The notes under the pieces were generated by a model. It ran no database searches. It saw nothing but the letters and a program-made list of their open reading frames with translations, and was not told the origin of the DNA. From positions 3,534,001 through 3,598,000 of the forward strand of contig OX597826.1 of NCBI GenBank assembly GCA_951406725.2: a DNA stretch of 64,000 nucleotides. The letters run 5' to 3'. Shown here in pieces: positions 38,286 to 52,158 of the stretch (within the stretch, counting starts at the first letter, position 1; the number at the start of each line of letters is the position of its first letter). The position numbers and the translations under genes were made by a program. Source of the DNA: Octopus vulgaris (lineage: Eukaryota).

Positions 38286-39880
38286 TAATTTCTAACATTG
38301 ATAGAATATAACATGAAAATCCAATATTTAAAACAGACATCCACTCAACATTTTTACATTTCCAATTATGCAAATGAATACAATAAAATTTTACTGAAAA
38401 ATCATATATTAAAATTCGTTTCAAACATGCATTTTGTACTATTGTAAAATTGTCCAAAAAAAATGGAACGAAAGCTAACAAAGATAAAGTCAAGTATGGA
38501 ACTGAAGTCAATATAAGTATTTGTTTTCTCTTTCAATATTGTGTTTAAAACGAATCGTATTTGTCTTTGCAATTTAATATTTTATAGTCAAAACATTTCA
38601 ATTACACCTACTCCGAAAGAAATGTTCGTGATTACATTTATAAAATATTTCTTGCTTAGAAAGGCACCATCTAATGCGAAGCATTTGCGGTTGCAACGAG
38701 AACATACGGTATTAGCATCATCATACAGACCTAAATAAAATAGTTGTGATGGAATTAAAGCATTTACTTCAATAGATCAATAAATTTCAAATTACAGCCT
38801 TCAAATTCATCCGAAAACTTTCGTCTTGACTAATTTAAATATCATTGATGTCTAACTAGGAACACTGGTCGATATTACGAATTATGTTTGAGAAATAAAT
38901 AATACCTGTCAGGATTTGAACACAGAACATAAAGAAACAAAAGTGATAACAGACATTACTAAGGGTTTTTGATTGTTCAGCCATATTTCCATTCCACCTG
39001 CATCAGCGATATTAATAGCAGCCGTAGTTTTACTCAAAATCAAAAGCATAAATATTTCCATAAATTGTTAAATAAAGTATTAAGTATTAATACTTAATAA
39101 AGTATAAAGTATTTACAATAGCCTATTTTTGGTAATAGTTTTAATCGATAAACATGTAATCCTATCAGCTTAAGAATATTCGTCTTATCACTCCGTTCTT
39201 CAAAGAACCCTTACATCTATCAACATCAAAGAGCTAATTTAGTATACAAACGGTGCGAGGAAATAACTTATCTAAGTAAATATTTAATAGCCCATTGTGT
39301 AGGGAAATGTTTCTATTTTGAATAAGGCATTTCTTAAATAAGACCTATAATTGCATTTCTTATGGATGTGTGCTCTGCTTGTAGATCATTAATTTTGAAA
39401 GCGTACACTCCATGACTTGGCAATATTGTTGACCTAAATAACGTGTAAGTTATATAATTGTAGATATTTAGCTTGTATTTAATCAGTAAGAATGCAATGC
39501 AACTGGTTAGATATTGCAACGTTAAAGGCTTTGCAGTAATTACTTTTGTTCGTAATAGATCTTACTTTAAATACCACGGGTGTTTATTCTAAATTTTGTC
39601 CATCTCATGATTGTTAGAATAAGTGCCTTCATAATTGTTATTCTTTGCGCTTAATGAAAATATCGTTCATATAGATATAACATATAAATTGTTAATATAT
39701 TATACAAGAGATATATGCAAAAGTGCGTTAGTGGAATCATTAAGGCATCGGTAAAATTATTTGAGCTGAGTGTTCCCGTTCATTGTATCTGAGTTCAAAT
39801 CCCACCGATGCTTTTCAAAATCCCATTCATGCTTTTCAAAACACACACTTTGCTCATTCATATATAGGCCAACAGGTGTA

Positions 39881-39944
39881 GGAGTCTGATGATACGCCAT
39901 AAACGTAAACTCTTTATGGACGGGAAACCCAGGGTAATCCCATA
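39881..39944 (+). ncRNA. Type I hammerhead ribozyme motif, catalytic core intact
   Basis: ggagt | CTGATGA (39886-92) | helix II ccataaa/tttatgg | GAAA (39924-27) cccaggg TA (39935-36) | atccc; outer ggcca/tggcc stem; TA-repeat flanks. Confidence 0.75.
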
Positions 39945-39966
39945 AACTGGCCTTATATATATATGT

Positions 39967-40000
<34 letters not shown>

Positions 40001-40560
40001 AGACTTAGAACTTTCAAAACAAGAGAAAAAGAAACCATGATGGTCGTGTGGTGGACGTTTGTTCTCAGCCCTCTTGATTACTGTTCGCAAATATGGTCAC
40101 CAAACCGTGTAAAAGTAACAACGGAACTCGAGGCGATCCACCGAAGCTATAGAAAGGATATTGACACAATGTAACATATCAACTACTGAGAGAGAGAGAG
40201 CTGTAGAGTTAAGACACTACACTCTGGAGCGAAGGCGGGAAAGATATGTATTAATATATATCTGGAAAATACTCGATTTAAAATCAGGAACCGCAACAGC
40301 TTGAGTTTCAAAAGCCCACAGCTCGTCAACATCCTCCCACAAAGCCTGAGAAATCTGTTGTGTTGTGGATGTAAGCTTTTTCAAATCAGACCTGGATGTC
40401 CTTCTGTCGAGTGTTCTGGATGAACCTACTTCAAGGCAAGAAACACAGATGAGAGCAGCAATGTCAAACACGCTCATCAACCAAATGTCACACATGAGAG
40501 GAAGTTAAGTGGAAGTATAGCAAAGTAAACGGCGGTGACCCGACATGGTCTCAGTCCTTG
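40001..40560 (+). mobile_element. CR1/L2-group LINE 3' fragment (RT C-terminal domain)
   Basis: 'LRTFKTREKETMM...LDYCSQIWSP...LEAIHR...YTLERRRERYVLIYIWKIL...ILPQSLRNL...FFKSDLDVLLSSVLDEP'. Confidence 0.85.
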
Positions 40561-40678
40561 GGCGTTTGAATTCAGAATTTGTATTGAGTAGATAGAAGTT
40601 GACACATTATTCTTGCCCGACGGGACACATGTTAAGCCGCAAGGTACGTTTTTGTACTAATTTCCATATACAGGGAAT

Positions 40679-40740
40679 GTTCTCCTGACGAGAAGAATGG
40701 ATCAAATTTTGGTGCCTAATTCGAAATTGCAATAGAGGGC
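40679..40740 (+). ncRNA. Type I hammerhead ribozyme motif, catalytic core intact
   Basis: gttctc | CTGACGA (40685-91) | helix II gaa...ttc with inner ggatcaa/ttggtgcc | GAAA (40723-26) ttgcaa TA (40733-34) | gagggc; 6-bp helix I including two G-U pairs. Confidence 0.8.
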
Positions 40741-40937
40741 TAACCATTTATTTAAGTTAAATTTTGAATTTTTATATCATGTCGCTCTACGACAGCTTTT
40801 GTGGTTGAGGAGATATAATATGAGTGGTTATAGTGGCTTCATAGCGGTTTTAAGTACCATTTTGAGGCATGTAAGTTTTTTTATAACCCTCCCAGTTATA
40901 ATTGTGAGTTATTCCCAATTATACGTTGTTTTTATAT

Positions 40938-41056
<119 letters not shown>

Positions 41057-42110
41057 CCTGCGCGTATTATGTATCTATATATATACAAACAAAAGGTTGG
41101 AAAAACAAACGAAAAGGGCACTAAAAAAATCAGTTGGAGTTACAGGATAGGATTACCAGCCACAGAGAATGACCCCCACAAATTTTTATATTCCCTGGAA
41201 ACCCTTAATTTCGTCTCCATATACGAGGTATGCACACAAATAAATTCATTTGAAACGCACGCCAGCACACACAAGCACACGCTCTCCCTCTAACGCATTC
41301 GCAGCCGTAAATTCATTGGCTGTCCCTACATACCTTATCATTAATGTACAAATAGTTTTAGCGACCGATTATCATCTTCGTACAGAGACAGATAGTGACT
41401 AAATAAATATAAAAGATTATATCTTGTCGAAAATGCTAAAATGCATACAATCTGAGATTACAGAGTAGAATATCAGCAGGCATTAATGTTTTACTAAAAT
41501 GCATACAATCAAATTTGTTCTGCCACTGTGCAATGTTCCACAACGTACCACCGGGTGTTTTGTGACGAAACCATACAAATGTGTACCTAGGATGCTGAGT
41601 AAGTGTGCATGAGAACACTGAACAGTCTTAAAAGGAAAAGAACGAAAGAGAAACTTAAGAGCAAGTACAGACTCTTTGTTGACACAGCCAAACTCAAATG
41701 CTACAACATGTCATCCAAATATCTGTTGCAAGATCACCAAGAAGGAATACCTGATGCGGTTCCTCTTCTTGCTGTGCACGTAACACTTGTTCAGTTTGGA
41801 GTTCTGCGATGAGAGGTACGAAACAAAATATTATAAATATTAACATTGCTAGTACGTTACTTCATGTATAATTTTGATGGTTTCATTGGGATATTCGCCC
41901 AGCAATATATGCTTCTAATTAGTTGCCAGTTATTATTTGCCCATAGTTATTTTTTCCTTACTATTATTTGGTTAGTTACTCTTCACAACTTCTTATTGAT
42001 TTCATTGAAATTATAGGAACCTGTTCTTTAATTTCACTGTAATCCGCACATGTCAATATATTCCTGTGCTTCTATTGTACCGAACGTATAGTTCGGTCTG
42101 GTTAGATGTA

Positions 42111-42677
42111 TTGGGTTGTCCGGAAAGTTCGTGCCGATTTTTAGAGGAAAGAAAAAGGTCAATAAATACATGCCATTACATTTTTTAATCAACCAAATAT
42201 GAACCATTTTGTTGCACAATGCGTCTCCATCTTTCGTTTAACTTGAAAATACTCTCTTCCTAAAATTGAGGTAGTTTCATGCCAAAGAATTCATCAAGGT
42301 ATCTTTTTACGTCATCCAAGGAATTGCAATTTTTAGCATTAAGATTATTCTGCAGAGACCTGAGTATGTGGAAATCCGAAGGAGCAATATCTGGTAAATA
42401 TGGAGAGTGGGATAACACATCCCAGCCGAGCTGCAGCAATTTTTCTCTGGTTCCCAGAGCGTCAAGTGCCGAAAAGGAACTTTTTTATCTTCTATGTTAA
42501 AGGGTTACATAATTGACGCAGATTATAGGAACATACACTTTCTTCCACGAAAAGACAGCTTAAACTGTGCTCTAAATGAATGTGTTGTCAAATCCTACTT
42601 TAAGGACTTAACCATGTTCTAAAATAACTCGAAAGTTAAGCTACTATAAATCGGCACGAACTTTCCGAAGAACCCAA
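42111..42677 (-). mobile_element. Internally deleted mariner with both TIRs and TA TSD
   Basis: TIRs ttgggttgtccggaaagttcgtgccgattt / aaatcggcacgaactttccgaagaacccaa; minus translation 'LLQLGWDVLSHSPYLPDIAPSDFHILRSLQN' (YSPDLAPSD motif). Confidence 0.93.
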
Positions 42678-43335
42678 TAATATTTTTACCGTCGATTTTC
42701 AACATGGGAATACTTGCCTGTAATTGTTTGCGCTCAATAGCCTTTGTTTACTTGTATTATATTGTTTCACAGGGATTACTATTTTCCAATTATTGTTCCC
42801 TTCAGACTGTAATATGTGAAATATGAGAAAGTCAGAGATAACGTCTGCTTACAATAGAAACAAGTGAATACTGTATTTTATAAAATGACTGGGCTTCTCA
42901 GAACATTACATCTCACCTAAAATTCGTTGGATATTCTTGAATAGTTATTGAATGACAAATGTATATCGAGACTAACAAGTATGTATTTACACATATATAC
43001 AATTATGCATTCAGGCCTAAATAGTTCCGTGGATTCTTGTGTCAGAATTTGCATTTAAACCGAACTCCCATGCGTAACTCTCTCTAACGCATTTGTTTAA
43101 AGCAAAATCAACATCTGTCTACCTTTATACAAGTAAGCTCATACAGTGGTGAAGCATTGCCAGCAAATAGCATTACAATAATTCACGGATAAATATGTGT
43201 CTGTATGTTTGTATTATATATATATATGTGTGTATGCAATTAAACATATGTTCAACTATACATGTATCCATGTATATACACACACATATTCATATTTCTA
43301 CAGAAATACACATGCATGGTAACACATACCTATCA

Positions 43336-43478
<143 letters not shown>

Positions 43479-43560
43479 CAATCATACATATATATGTGTG
43501 TGTGTTTAGCTACTTATTTATATAAATACAAACTTATGAAGATTGAATTGATATTTAAGC

Positions 43561-43629
<69 letters not shown>

Positions 43630-44279
43630 CATACATACATATATATATACATATATATATAAACATGTGTACACGCTGGCACACACATACATATATATAT
43701 ATATAAATATATATGTAGAGATGAATGTATATTTGTACACCCACATTCCTTCCTAAATCACATAAATTTAATCCCTCCTCTGTATTGCATTTGGCCTCGT
43801 TGAGTACATAATAAATAATTTAATACAGCTTCCTTTGTAAGAACGACCTAGACAGGTCTCATATTTGGGCTTACACTTATTTCGCATAGATAATGACGAT
43901 GATGACGACGACAACGATGATGATGGTGATGATGATAATACTTGGGTACAATAGGTCGGTTTTCTCTCTGTTTTTTTATATTTTTAAAATTGCAAATGTA
44001 CACATTTGGAGCAGAATTATGAAGTAACATTATACTTGTCATGTTCATATTGTAACAAAGCAATATTTATTTTAATGTTTACTGCTCTGCTTTGGTTAGA
44101 AATTGCATCCACTTCTGTAGTCCTCCAGTGAATTCCAATCTTCCCAGCGAAACTGACGAGAGTTTGAATAAATAAAACCTAGTATGACTGAGTACGAAAT
44201 AATACAATACGATATAATAAAAACACTTAGACAATTAGAAACGTTGGAAGTGAGTACACGTATACATACATATAGACAC

Positions 44280-44535
<256 letters not shown>

Positions 44536-44544
44536 GCGGTTTAC

Positions 44545-44777
44545 CGGTTTCCTTGGCGTATAGGTTCCTCACCTGGACGATCCGTCGCAGGTGAGCTGCA
44601 AGATGCAGGAGGAAAGAGTGAGAATAAGTTGTGGCGAAAGAGTCAGCAGAAATTTGCCATTACCATCTGCCGGAGCCACATGGGTCTTAGATGTTGCGCT
44701 CATAAACACACACATCGCCCGGTCTGAGATTCGAACCCACGAGTCCGCTGCTCTAACCACTTGGCCATGCGCCTCCA
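44545..44777 (-). mobile_element. SINE family F-related variant
   Basis: Minus strand gtggaggcgcatggccaagtggttagagcagcggactc...ggttcgaatctc; body similar to F. Confidence 0.75.
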
Positions 44778-44830
44778 CACACACAAACACACAAGCACAT
44801 ACATATATAAATATATATATATCAACTGCC

Positions 44831-45100
44831 ACTCCGTCTGTTATGACGATGTGTGTCCCAATTGATCCGATTACCGGAACAGCCTGCTCGTGTAATTAAC
44901 ATGAAAGTGGCTGAGCATCCCACGGACATCCCTGAACGTGGTTCTCAGGGAGATTTAGCGTGACACAGAGTGTGACAAGGCTGGCCCTTTCAAATATAGG
45001 TACTACTGATTTTTGCCAGCTGAGTGGACTGGGGCAACGTGAAATAAAGTGTGTTGCTCAGGGACACAACACGTCGACGTGAATTGAGCTCACCACCTTC
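44831..45100 (-). mobile_element. SINE family E
   Basis: Aligns with 19539-19815. Confidence 0.85.
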
Positions 45101-45199
45101 CGATGAAGAGCCTTCGAGGATAAGAATGAAAGAATATATGGGAACACAGATGAGAATGTCTGATGTGAGTTCGTCGTTTGAAGAGATTTCTCACTGTAT

Positions 45200-45860
45200 T
45201 TTATGCAAGAATCTAAGCGATGTACCTCGTATTTCCCTAACAAAGAACTCCTTGTCTAAACATTTTTGCGTCGTTTCGCAAGTGTTTTCGAACGTTTTAG
45301 CTGACTGCACTCTGTGGACTTACAGATTCAGCATATTTATAAACACACCTGAACCTTCTCTGGGATAATGTCTTTGTAAAGTGCTTGTGGAAATGCCTTG
45401 ATACTGTACGTATATTTCGTGTTATAGTATAAGAGATCTTTGTTGTCATTTCGATATATGTACTCTAGTATTGTATTAACCAACAAGTACAAGATATAAT
45501 CTATAAGTATATATTTCGCATAGATTTTGTAACAACGTATTACCGTTTGTTAGAGAAAATTGAATCGCGTGGAATATGGCTTGCTTCCTTCTTACAATAA
45601 ATTAGTAAACGGAAGGCCTGCTGTAGATACTTAAATCCTCGAACCACTAATGGTACAATTCCATATATAACATTTTGATCAATGATTTGAGATCAATATT
45701 CCAGTAATCGAAGAGTAACACCAGTGCCCACTCTTCTTCCACTCCCCAAACGAGTACTTTCTGAACTGATAGGATGTTATTTTTCAATTACGGTTTAGAC
45801 ATAAACACTTCTGTTTGTTTTTGACAAGAATTTCAATTAGAATAACATCACATGAGAATG
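45200..45860 (-). mobile_element. Possible decayed Penelope-like GIY-YIG region
   Basis: Minus 'KDIIPEK..SGV.YKY' resembles the KD.IP...S.VVYK start of PLE endonucleases; frameshifted. Confidence 0.3.
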
Positions 45861-46648
45861 TGATAACATAAGAAATTAATATATCAAATACATTTAAATT
45901 AATTTTAAGCTTAATAGACTAATCACTATCTAAATATAAAGTTAGATGCTGCACGCCAATTTTAGATGTCACTAAATATTTCATAATTGTTGCTATAATT
46001 AGACGATAAAGTAATATATATTACTGCTATAAATTTCCAGTATCTACTTTGTAGCATACGCCTGCAACATTCATACCCGATTTTTCACTGTAATTTTTTT
46101 ACTTTGCCTTATGAATTTGCGACTCAAGGCAGCAAACAGATGAGAACAGTAAAGAGTTGTAGAAAAAGCCTTGTTATTTCTTCCGGATATTGCCTACCTG
46201 GGTTCAAATTTCAGCGATGTAAATTTTACATTTTATAATTTCAGTACTGAGAAAAATTATACCAGGACATCACTAGTGTAGATGTTACCAAATTGCTGAC
46301 TTTTTCTTTAAAGTCGAAAATAGGAATTTTTAGAATTTATGTATCCTCCGTAGCTGTTTCCTTTGCTTTGTTTCATTTAAATGAAGTTGCTTCGAGATCT
46401 AGTGAAAAACATGTCAAAGATTTACTGTGACCTGTTTGTTGAATGTGCATGAAAGGAAACAAACGTAGCAACGTAGATTCTTGACTCTCACAGAACTGTG
46501 TATTAGTCGCCCTCACAGGCAATTCGAAAGACAACATCCTTAAGAATAACTTCTCACGTGTGAAAATTTATAGATCCTTAAAAGGCGTATGCCGAGATAA
46601 AATGTGTGTGTGTGTGTGTGTGTCCATGTATTTATATATTTATATATA

Positions 46649-46905
46649 CTTTATTTAGAAGCAGCAGAAATATAACAAAAGCTGTTACTCAGAGTTTCAC
46701 GTCCCCGTTCGTCAAACAGTTTTGTTAAAATAGAACAGAAATTTCTGTTCTATTTTAACAAAAATGTCTGACGAACGGGAACGTGAAGCTCTGAGTAACA
46801 GCTTTTGTTATATTACTGCTGCTTTTAAATAAAGCACATTACTCTATCTCTAATATTTGAGTACTCTTTTTTCCACCTTGTTTCACATTTATGTGCTTAC
46901 TCCGG
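46649..46905. mobile_element. Penelope-pLTR-like spacerless palindrome (93-bp arms) with a hammerhead motif in each arm
   Basis: Centre cagaaa|tttctg at 46741/46742; right arm tgt CTGACGA acg-ggaa-cgt GAAG ctctgag TA aca; the left arm read on the minus strand gives tgt TTGACGA acg-ggga-cgt GAAA ctctgag TA aca. Confidence 0.85.
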
Positions 46906-47022
46906 TATATTTATATATATATTGTTATATACGTCTCCTTGCGGGCAGGAAAAGTGTATACATACATACATGCACACACACACACACACACATATATATA
47001 TACACACACACACACACACATA

Positions 47023-47057
<35 letters not shown>

Positions 47058-48220
47058 TATATTCACTATATATTGTTATATACATGTCAGTATACATGTG
47101 TAGTGGTGGGGAATGCTCGTATGTTCTTGCTTTAAAAGGTGGTCTACTTTCTTGTCTAAATCTACAAAATATGTTTTATCACCCTTTTGCCTTTGTCTTT
47201 TTGTAACATTTTTTCCCGTTTCGCCCTTCTATAATATTGTTATTTTCTAACTTCACACATCGCCTCACTGTTATTACATGACGTTTTACTGTTTCGTACC
47301 CAGGTTGTCTTTGACAAAATATGTACAAACATATTCGCACTTTACTTCAAATTATTTACAAATATTTACAAATACATCTCCTCTTATCCTGCCCCAGATG
47401 CAAATATATATTATTATACTTTCTCCTCTCATCACATATCAACATCTCAGATATGTAAGTGCGAAGTGCGATCTCGAAATTTTAAATATGCTTACAATAT
47501 TCTATCTTAAACAATATATCCCACACCATCACACTTCCTGACAGCTTTTATAATGTATCGTCATTGCATTTTAATACGGAAAATTAATTAATAAATAATT
47601 AAATTTCAAAACTTCATTGTCCTTAATGATTTTAATTGAACTATCAATAAAAAATGCTTTGTGGAAATGACCATCTCCCTCGTGTCTTTATATAAATACA
47701 TAACAATAGGATATTACTAATACCGAGACGTGTGACCTACTGCTGGCGTACGAATAAAACCCGCCGTGTTTTACTTACTGATTCTAAGACAATGAATGTT
47801 TCACCTTTTCCATTTACTTGTCACAACAATATCACCAGATTAAAAGACCAAACCATTAGCAATAAGAGTTTCAAAGATGTTTTTCTTATTATGTATTGTT
47901 TTAGTTTATAATGGTGTGCTTTGTTTGCTTATAATTGTTGCTTGCTATATTTCTAGACTTGTTTGTTTATTTATTTACACTGTCGAATTATAGACAAGCA
48001 GAAGAAAATTGCAACCTTAACACCGTGCCTACTATATGCTCGTAAATAATAGATGTAATTGGAGTCTGGCTGCTAAGCAGATTACAATTTACTTAGCGAT
48101 GTTCTTGGCATTTTGAATTACGGATACGGCAAAATCTAAATTTGCTATTGTTTCTAACTACAACTGAAAATTAGCTACCTTATTAAACGTTCTATATATA
48201 CAAATATACATATATATATA

Positions 48221-48293
<73 letters not shown>

Positions 48294-48401
48294 ATGCATG
48301 CATATATATTTGTAAATACAAATATATAGACAGGCACACACACATATATATGTATATGTGTGTACATGTGTGTGCTTACATAGGAATGTGTATGAAGACG
48401 C

Positions 48402-48461
<60 letters not shown>

Positions 48462-49081
48462 TTCTGTGTGTACATACATATATCTTCATATACATATATA
48501 TATATATATATATATATGCACTCTGTAGCTTTTTTCCTATCTTGTTGAAATATATTTACTTGAAATGTGGCAGCTAAATTGTCGATAAACGATAAGAAAA
48601 TCTATTAGACTGACGGCTCATGTGTTCCATGATCAAACACATTTTCTTGTGTTGCGCGTTTGTTGGTTTAATTTTACTGTTAGTGACGATTTTCTGTGTT
48701 TTTTTCTGTTATGCATCAAGATTGTCAGCGAAAGATTGCGGCAATATACTGGATTTATATCCACGTAGATATTTATCTGTCACGCGATTAACAAATATAA
48801 ATCACGTTCCTTACATGTTCTTGTAATTTAAAGAAAAATATATCTATGTAATGTTTTCTTAACTTAATGCCCAGAGTGCTATATAAATTATGTGCAAAAC
48901 TCACTGTATCTTACATTATATTTATGCCTTTCTGTTCCGAGTTAAACTTCCAATTGATTTTGATATTGTCCTTCAGTTTCTGGATTCGGTTTTGTATTCG
49001 GTTTTGTAATACAATTGATGCTATCGAAACAATCGGAGTACACTTAATCTCTTATCCGAATCTCATTACTCAATATATTTT

Positions 49082-49282
49082 GGGTTTCAAATTTTGGCAT
49101 ACAACCAGCAATTTGGGGGAAGGGGTAACGTGATAGTATCAACCCCACTGCTGCTGGATTAGAACTTATTTTGTAAACCCAGAAAGCATGAAATGCAAAG
49201 TCGACCAGGGTGGAATATAAACTCAGAATGTAATGACGGAAGAAATGCTACTGAGCATTTTGTCCGGCGCACTAACGATTCT
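49082..49282 (-). mobile_element. SINE family B2, diverged
   Basis: gcaaagtcgacc...aactcagaa...ctgagcattttgtccggcgcactaacgattc. Confidence 0.7.
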
Positions 49283-49422
49283 TTTACTCACTGTATTTAG
49301 TCAATAAATTATTTATATCCATGAAACAATTTTCAATTCTGAAATCAGAGTAAGAGAAGTTAGAATCACGGATTCGGATTTTCGTTATAGATATATAACA
49401 TCACCCTTTTCAAGCCTAGCCA

Positions 49423-49690
49423 GGCTCATGAGCCCAGTTTCCCGGTTTCTGTGGCGTATGTGTTCCCCCGAGCTGGACGGGACACCAGTCCATCGCAGCG
49501 TTACTCAAGAAACAGGACGAATGAGAGAAAGTTGGGGCGAAACAATACAACAAGTGTCGCCAGCGTCCCCTGCCGAATCCTCGTGAAGCTTTTCGGTGTT
49601 TTCGCTCAATAAACACACCCAACGCCCGGTGTGGGAATCGAAACCACGATCCTCCGACCGCGAGTCCGCTGCCCTAACCACTGGGCACTG
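49423..49690 (-). mobile_element. SINE family F
   Basis: Aligns with 25260-25545. Confidence 0.9.
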
Positions 49691-50299
49691 GGTTTACATT
49701 AAGCATAAACATATCAAAAGAATGAAACACCTTCTAGAATTACTACAAATATATAATGTTTTACATTTGTAACGTCTAACATTCATAGATTTTGGACATT
49801 TATAGGATGTTCTTGTGTTCGGTTTTGGTACGCCTATTATGTTGTAGTGCATATTATGAAGACTATACGATGATGCGTAGAAACTAAAATAAATTACAAA
49901 ACTTGTTTACAGGTATGATATTGTTATCAATCTTCATATGTTTTCTCTTCAAAGCAATCACATTTCCGACTAAAAAAATTGATTTATGTGGATTTTGTTT
50001 TTAACAATGCCTTTGTAGGCAAACTTTATACAAGTGAGAACACATTTCGGCTTAGATATATCGTCGTATTTACGCCATATTGTAAACAAGACAATGTCTG
50101 GAAAAGACGTATAAGGTCTCATTCAAATAATATTTACAATAATAGACCATAGAATAAAAAAACGAGCTCCCTTAAGCTAATTAATGCAGAATCAGTGAAC
50201 CAATTTTACAAGAAAAATATAGAAGTCGGTATTTAAAACAAACAAAAAAATGCTAAAAAGAAACAGAGTAATTCACGTGAAAAACCTCGCACTTATATG

Positions 50300-50520
50300 T
50301 TTCTTTACACAAAGGGCTAAACACGAAGCGGACAAACAAGGACAAACGGATTAAGTCGATTATACCGACCCCAGTGCGTAACTGGTACTTATTTAATCGA
50401 CCCCGAAAGAATGAAAGGCAAAGTCGACCTCGGCGGAATTTGAACTCACAACGTAACGGCAGACAAAATACTGCTAAGCATTTCGCCCGGCGTGCTAACG
50501 TTTCTGCCAGCTCGCCGCCT
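50300..50520 (-). mobile_element. SINE family B (B1 tail), near full length
   Basis: Minus strand begins aggcggcgagctggcagaaacgttagcacgccgggcg and aligns with 6052-6277. Confidence 0.9.
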
Positions 50521-51249
50521 GTAAAACCTGTCGCATATATTTATAGAGAAATATAGCAGGACGATCATGTAACGTCAAAAGATGCTACTGAACTGAAATG
50601 GGAATAGTAAATACTTATCCGTCTCGAGAATGTGTTGTATATTACGTGAAATGCTCCTAATTTTGAGCCTTCTAATTCGAGATTTCTAATTCTCCTGCAT
50701 AGTTTAGTTTTCAAGTTTGACAATTTTTTTTCCGTATCATAATTGAAAATGCATATCATATCGGTGTACTGAGAGCTTATTATGGAACGCTGAGAGTTTA
50801 TAGGGAAGGAAACTAAGTCTGATTTAAAAACACGACCTACTTACACTCAGACCGACTCATGGGAAACATTACTTAAATCTACTTTTAAAAGATTTCTTGA
50901 ATTAGAACTGCTTGAACGGTCCTCTTTTGTCTTCAGACGCGTTCTAAATGCTTCTCAAATATTTTTAATGTAAATTAGCATTTAAACCAATTTTTCTTTT
51001 TTAACAGTCTTTAGATTCGGGAGATATTGCAATGCGTAAGTAACCGTGATTTTCCACGGCACTCTTACCGCTTTTTGAGTGTTGCAAAAATGGCAATGCC
51101 CAATACTCATTTTCGACACATTATCAGAGGTAATTCACTACACTTCGCAAGCTACAGTACTTAGCTGAGGCAACCTGTGGTTGTACGAATCTTGTCTGAT
51201 GTTGGGAGGAGCCTCGGATTTTAAAGGGCAATCAGTAAGAGGTTTTATA

Positions 51250-51291
<42 letters not shown>

Positions 51292-51294
<3 letters not shown>

Positions 51295-51470
51295 GACATA
51301 ATAAATGTAACAACTAATCTCTGTGTGTCATTGTGTCACACTTTGACCCCCCTCTCTCATTATGCAGTGACACTTTCTTGTGTTGGGGTGAGAGTAACAG
51401 TAGACATAGAAACGGTGAGGGCGGTGGCAAAGACACTGAGAAAGAGAGAAAGAGAAACAGAAATTTAGAG
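51292..51470 (+). mobile_element. Family G: possible non-autonomous Helitron-like 5' segment
   Basis: Starts tctgacataataaatgtaacaactaatctctgtgtgtc, resembling TC-start Helitron ends; an inverted homologue lies at 63240-63405. Confidence 0.45.
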
Positions 51471-52158
51471 AGAGCTCATGATGTTTTATTAAACGTAGTA
51501 GTGTGGATGATGGCAATGGGAGAAACTTGCTACGATTACATTTTTTTGTGAACTTCACAACTTCTGACTGAAAGTTTTGTACTGGTCTCTTCAAGCTTAT
51601 AATATGTAAAGAATATACTGTAATATCAAAGATAACATTTTAGTCCTATTCAATTAGCTCACTCATATCTTTAAATCTCCACAACAATATGAAGGATGCT
51701 TAGCATAACACCAGACAAAATCAATATGATTTTTGCGTTCTCGATAACAACACCATCACCAGTTTGACACCGACTCGAGGAAAAGAAGGTACTCAGATTC
51801 AAAATTCGAAAGGTAAGATAAAACACCTGAAACATATCAGCTGTTATTTAGTCAAAGTATAACACAATTAGCGGGAAGGATGTCCGAAATATTGAGCGTT
51901 ATAATGCCATTGTCACTTCTATTCAACATGGATGGTTTATCACCTAGTGTATTTGCACCTTTTTAAGGTCAGCAGAGCATTCAGGTGTTCAGGAAAGTCT
52001 TGTGGGTAATTTTGGGAAATGAAGGTTTTTTTTTCTTGGATTTACTTTGTTTTCTTTGCAGAGTTTGCTTTAGACGTTTATGTATTTATGCGGCTTTACA
52101 TATACGAGACGAACTGCCTTATTTAAAAGAACACTAACGCATTCATCTCCGATATTTC

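Noticed and set aside
39078-39099. 22-bp AT-rich palindrome; also aaccctttca-caat-tgaaagggtt at 24478-24501
   Set aside because: Short or low-complexity and plausible by chance or slippage; the piggyBac-like look of the second lacks a right-hand TTAA.
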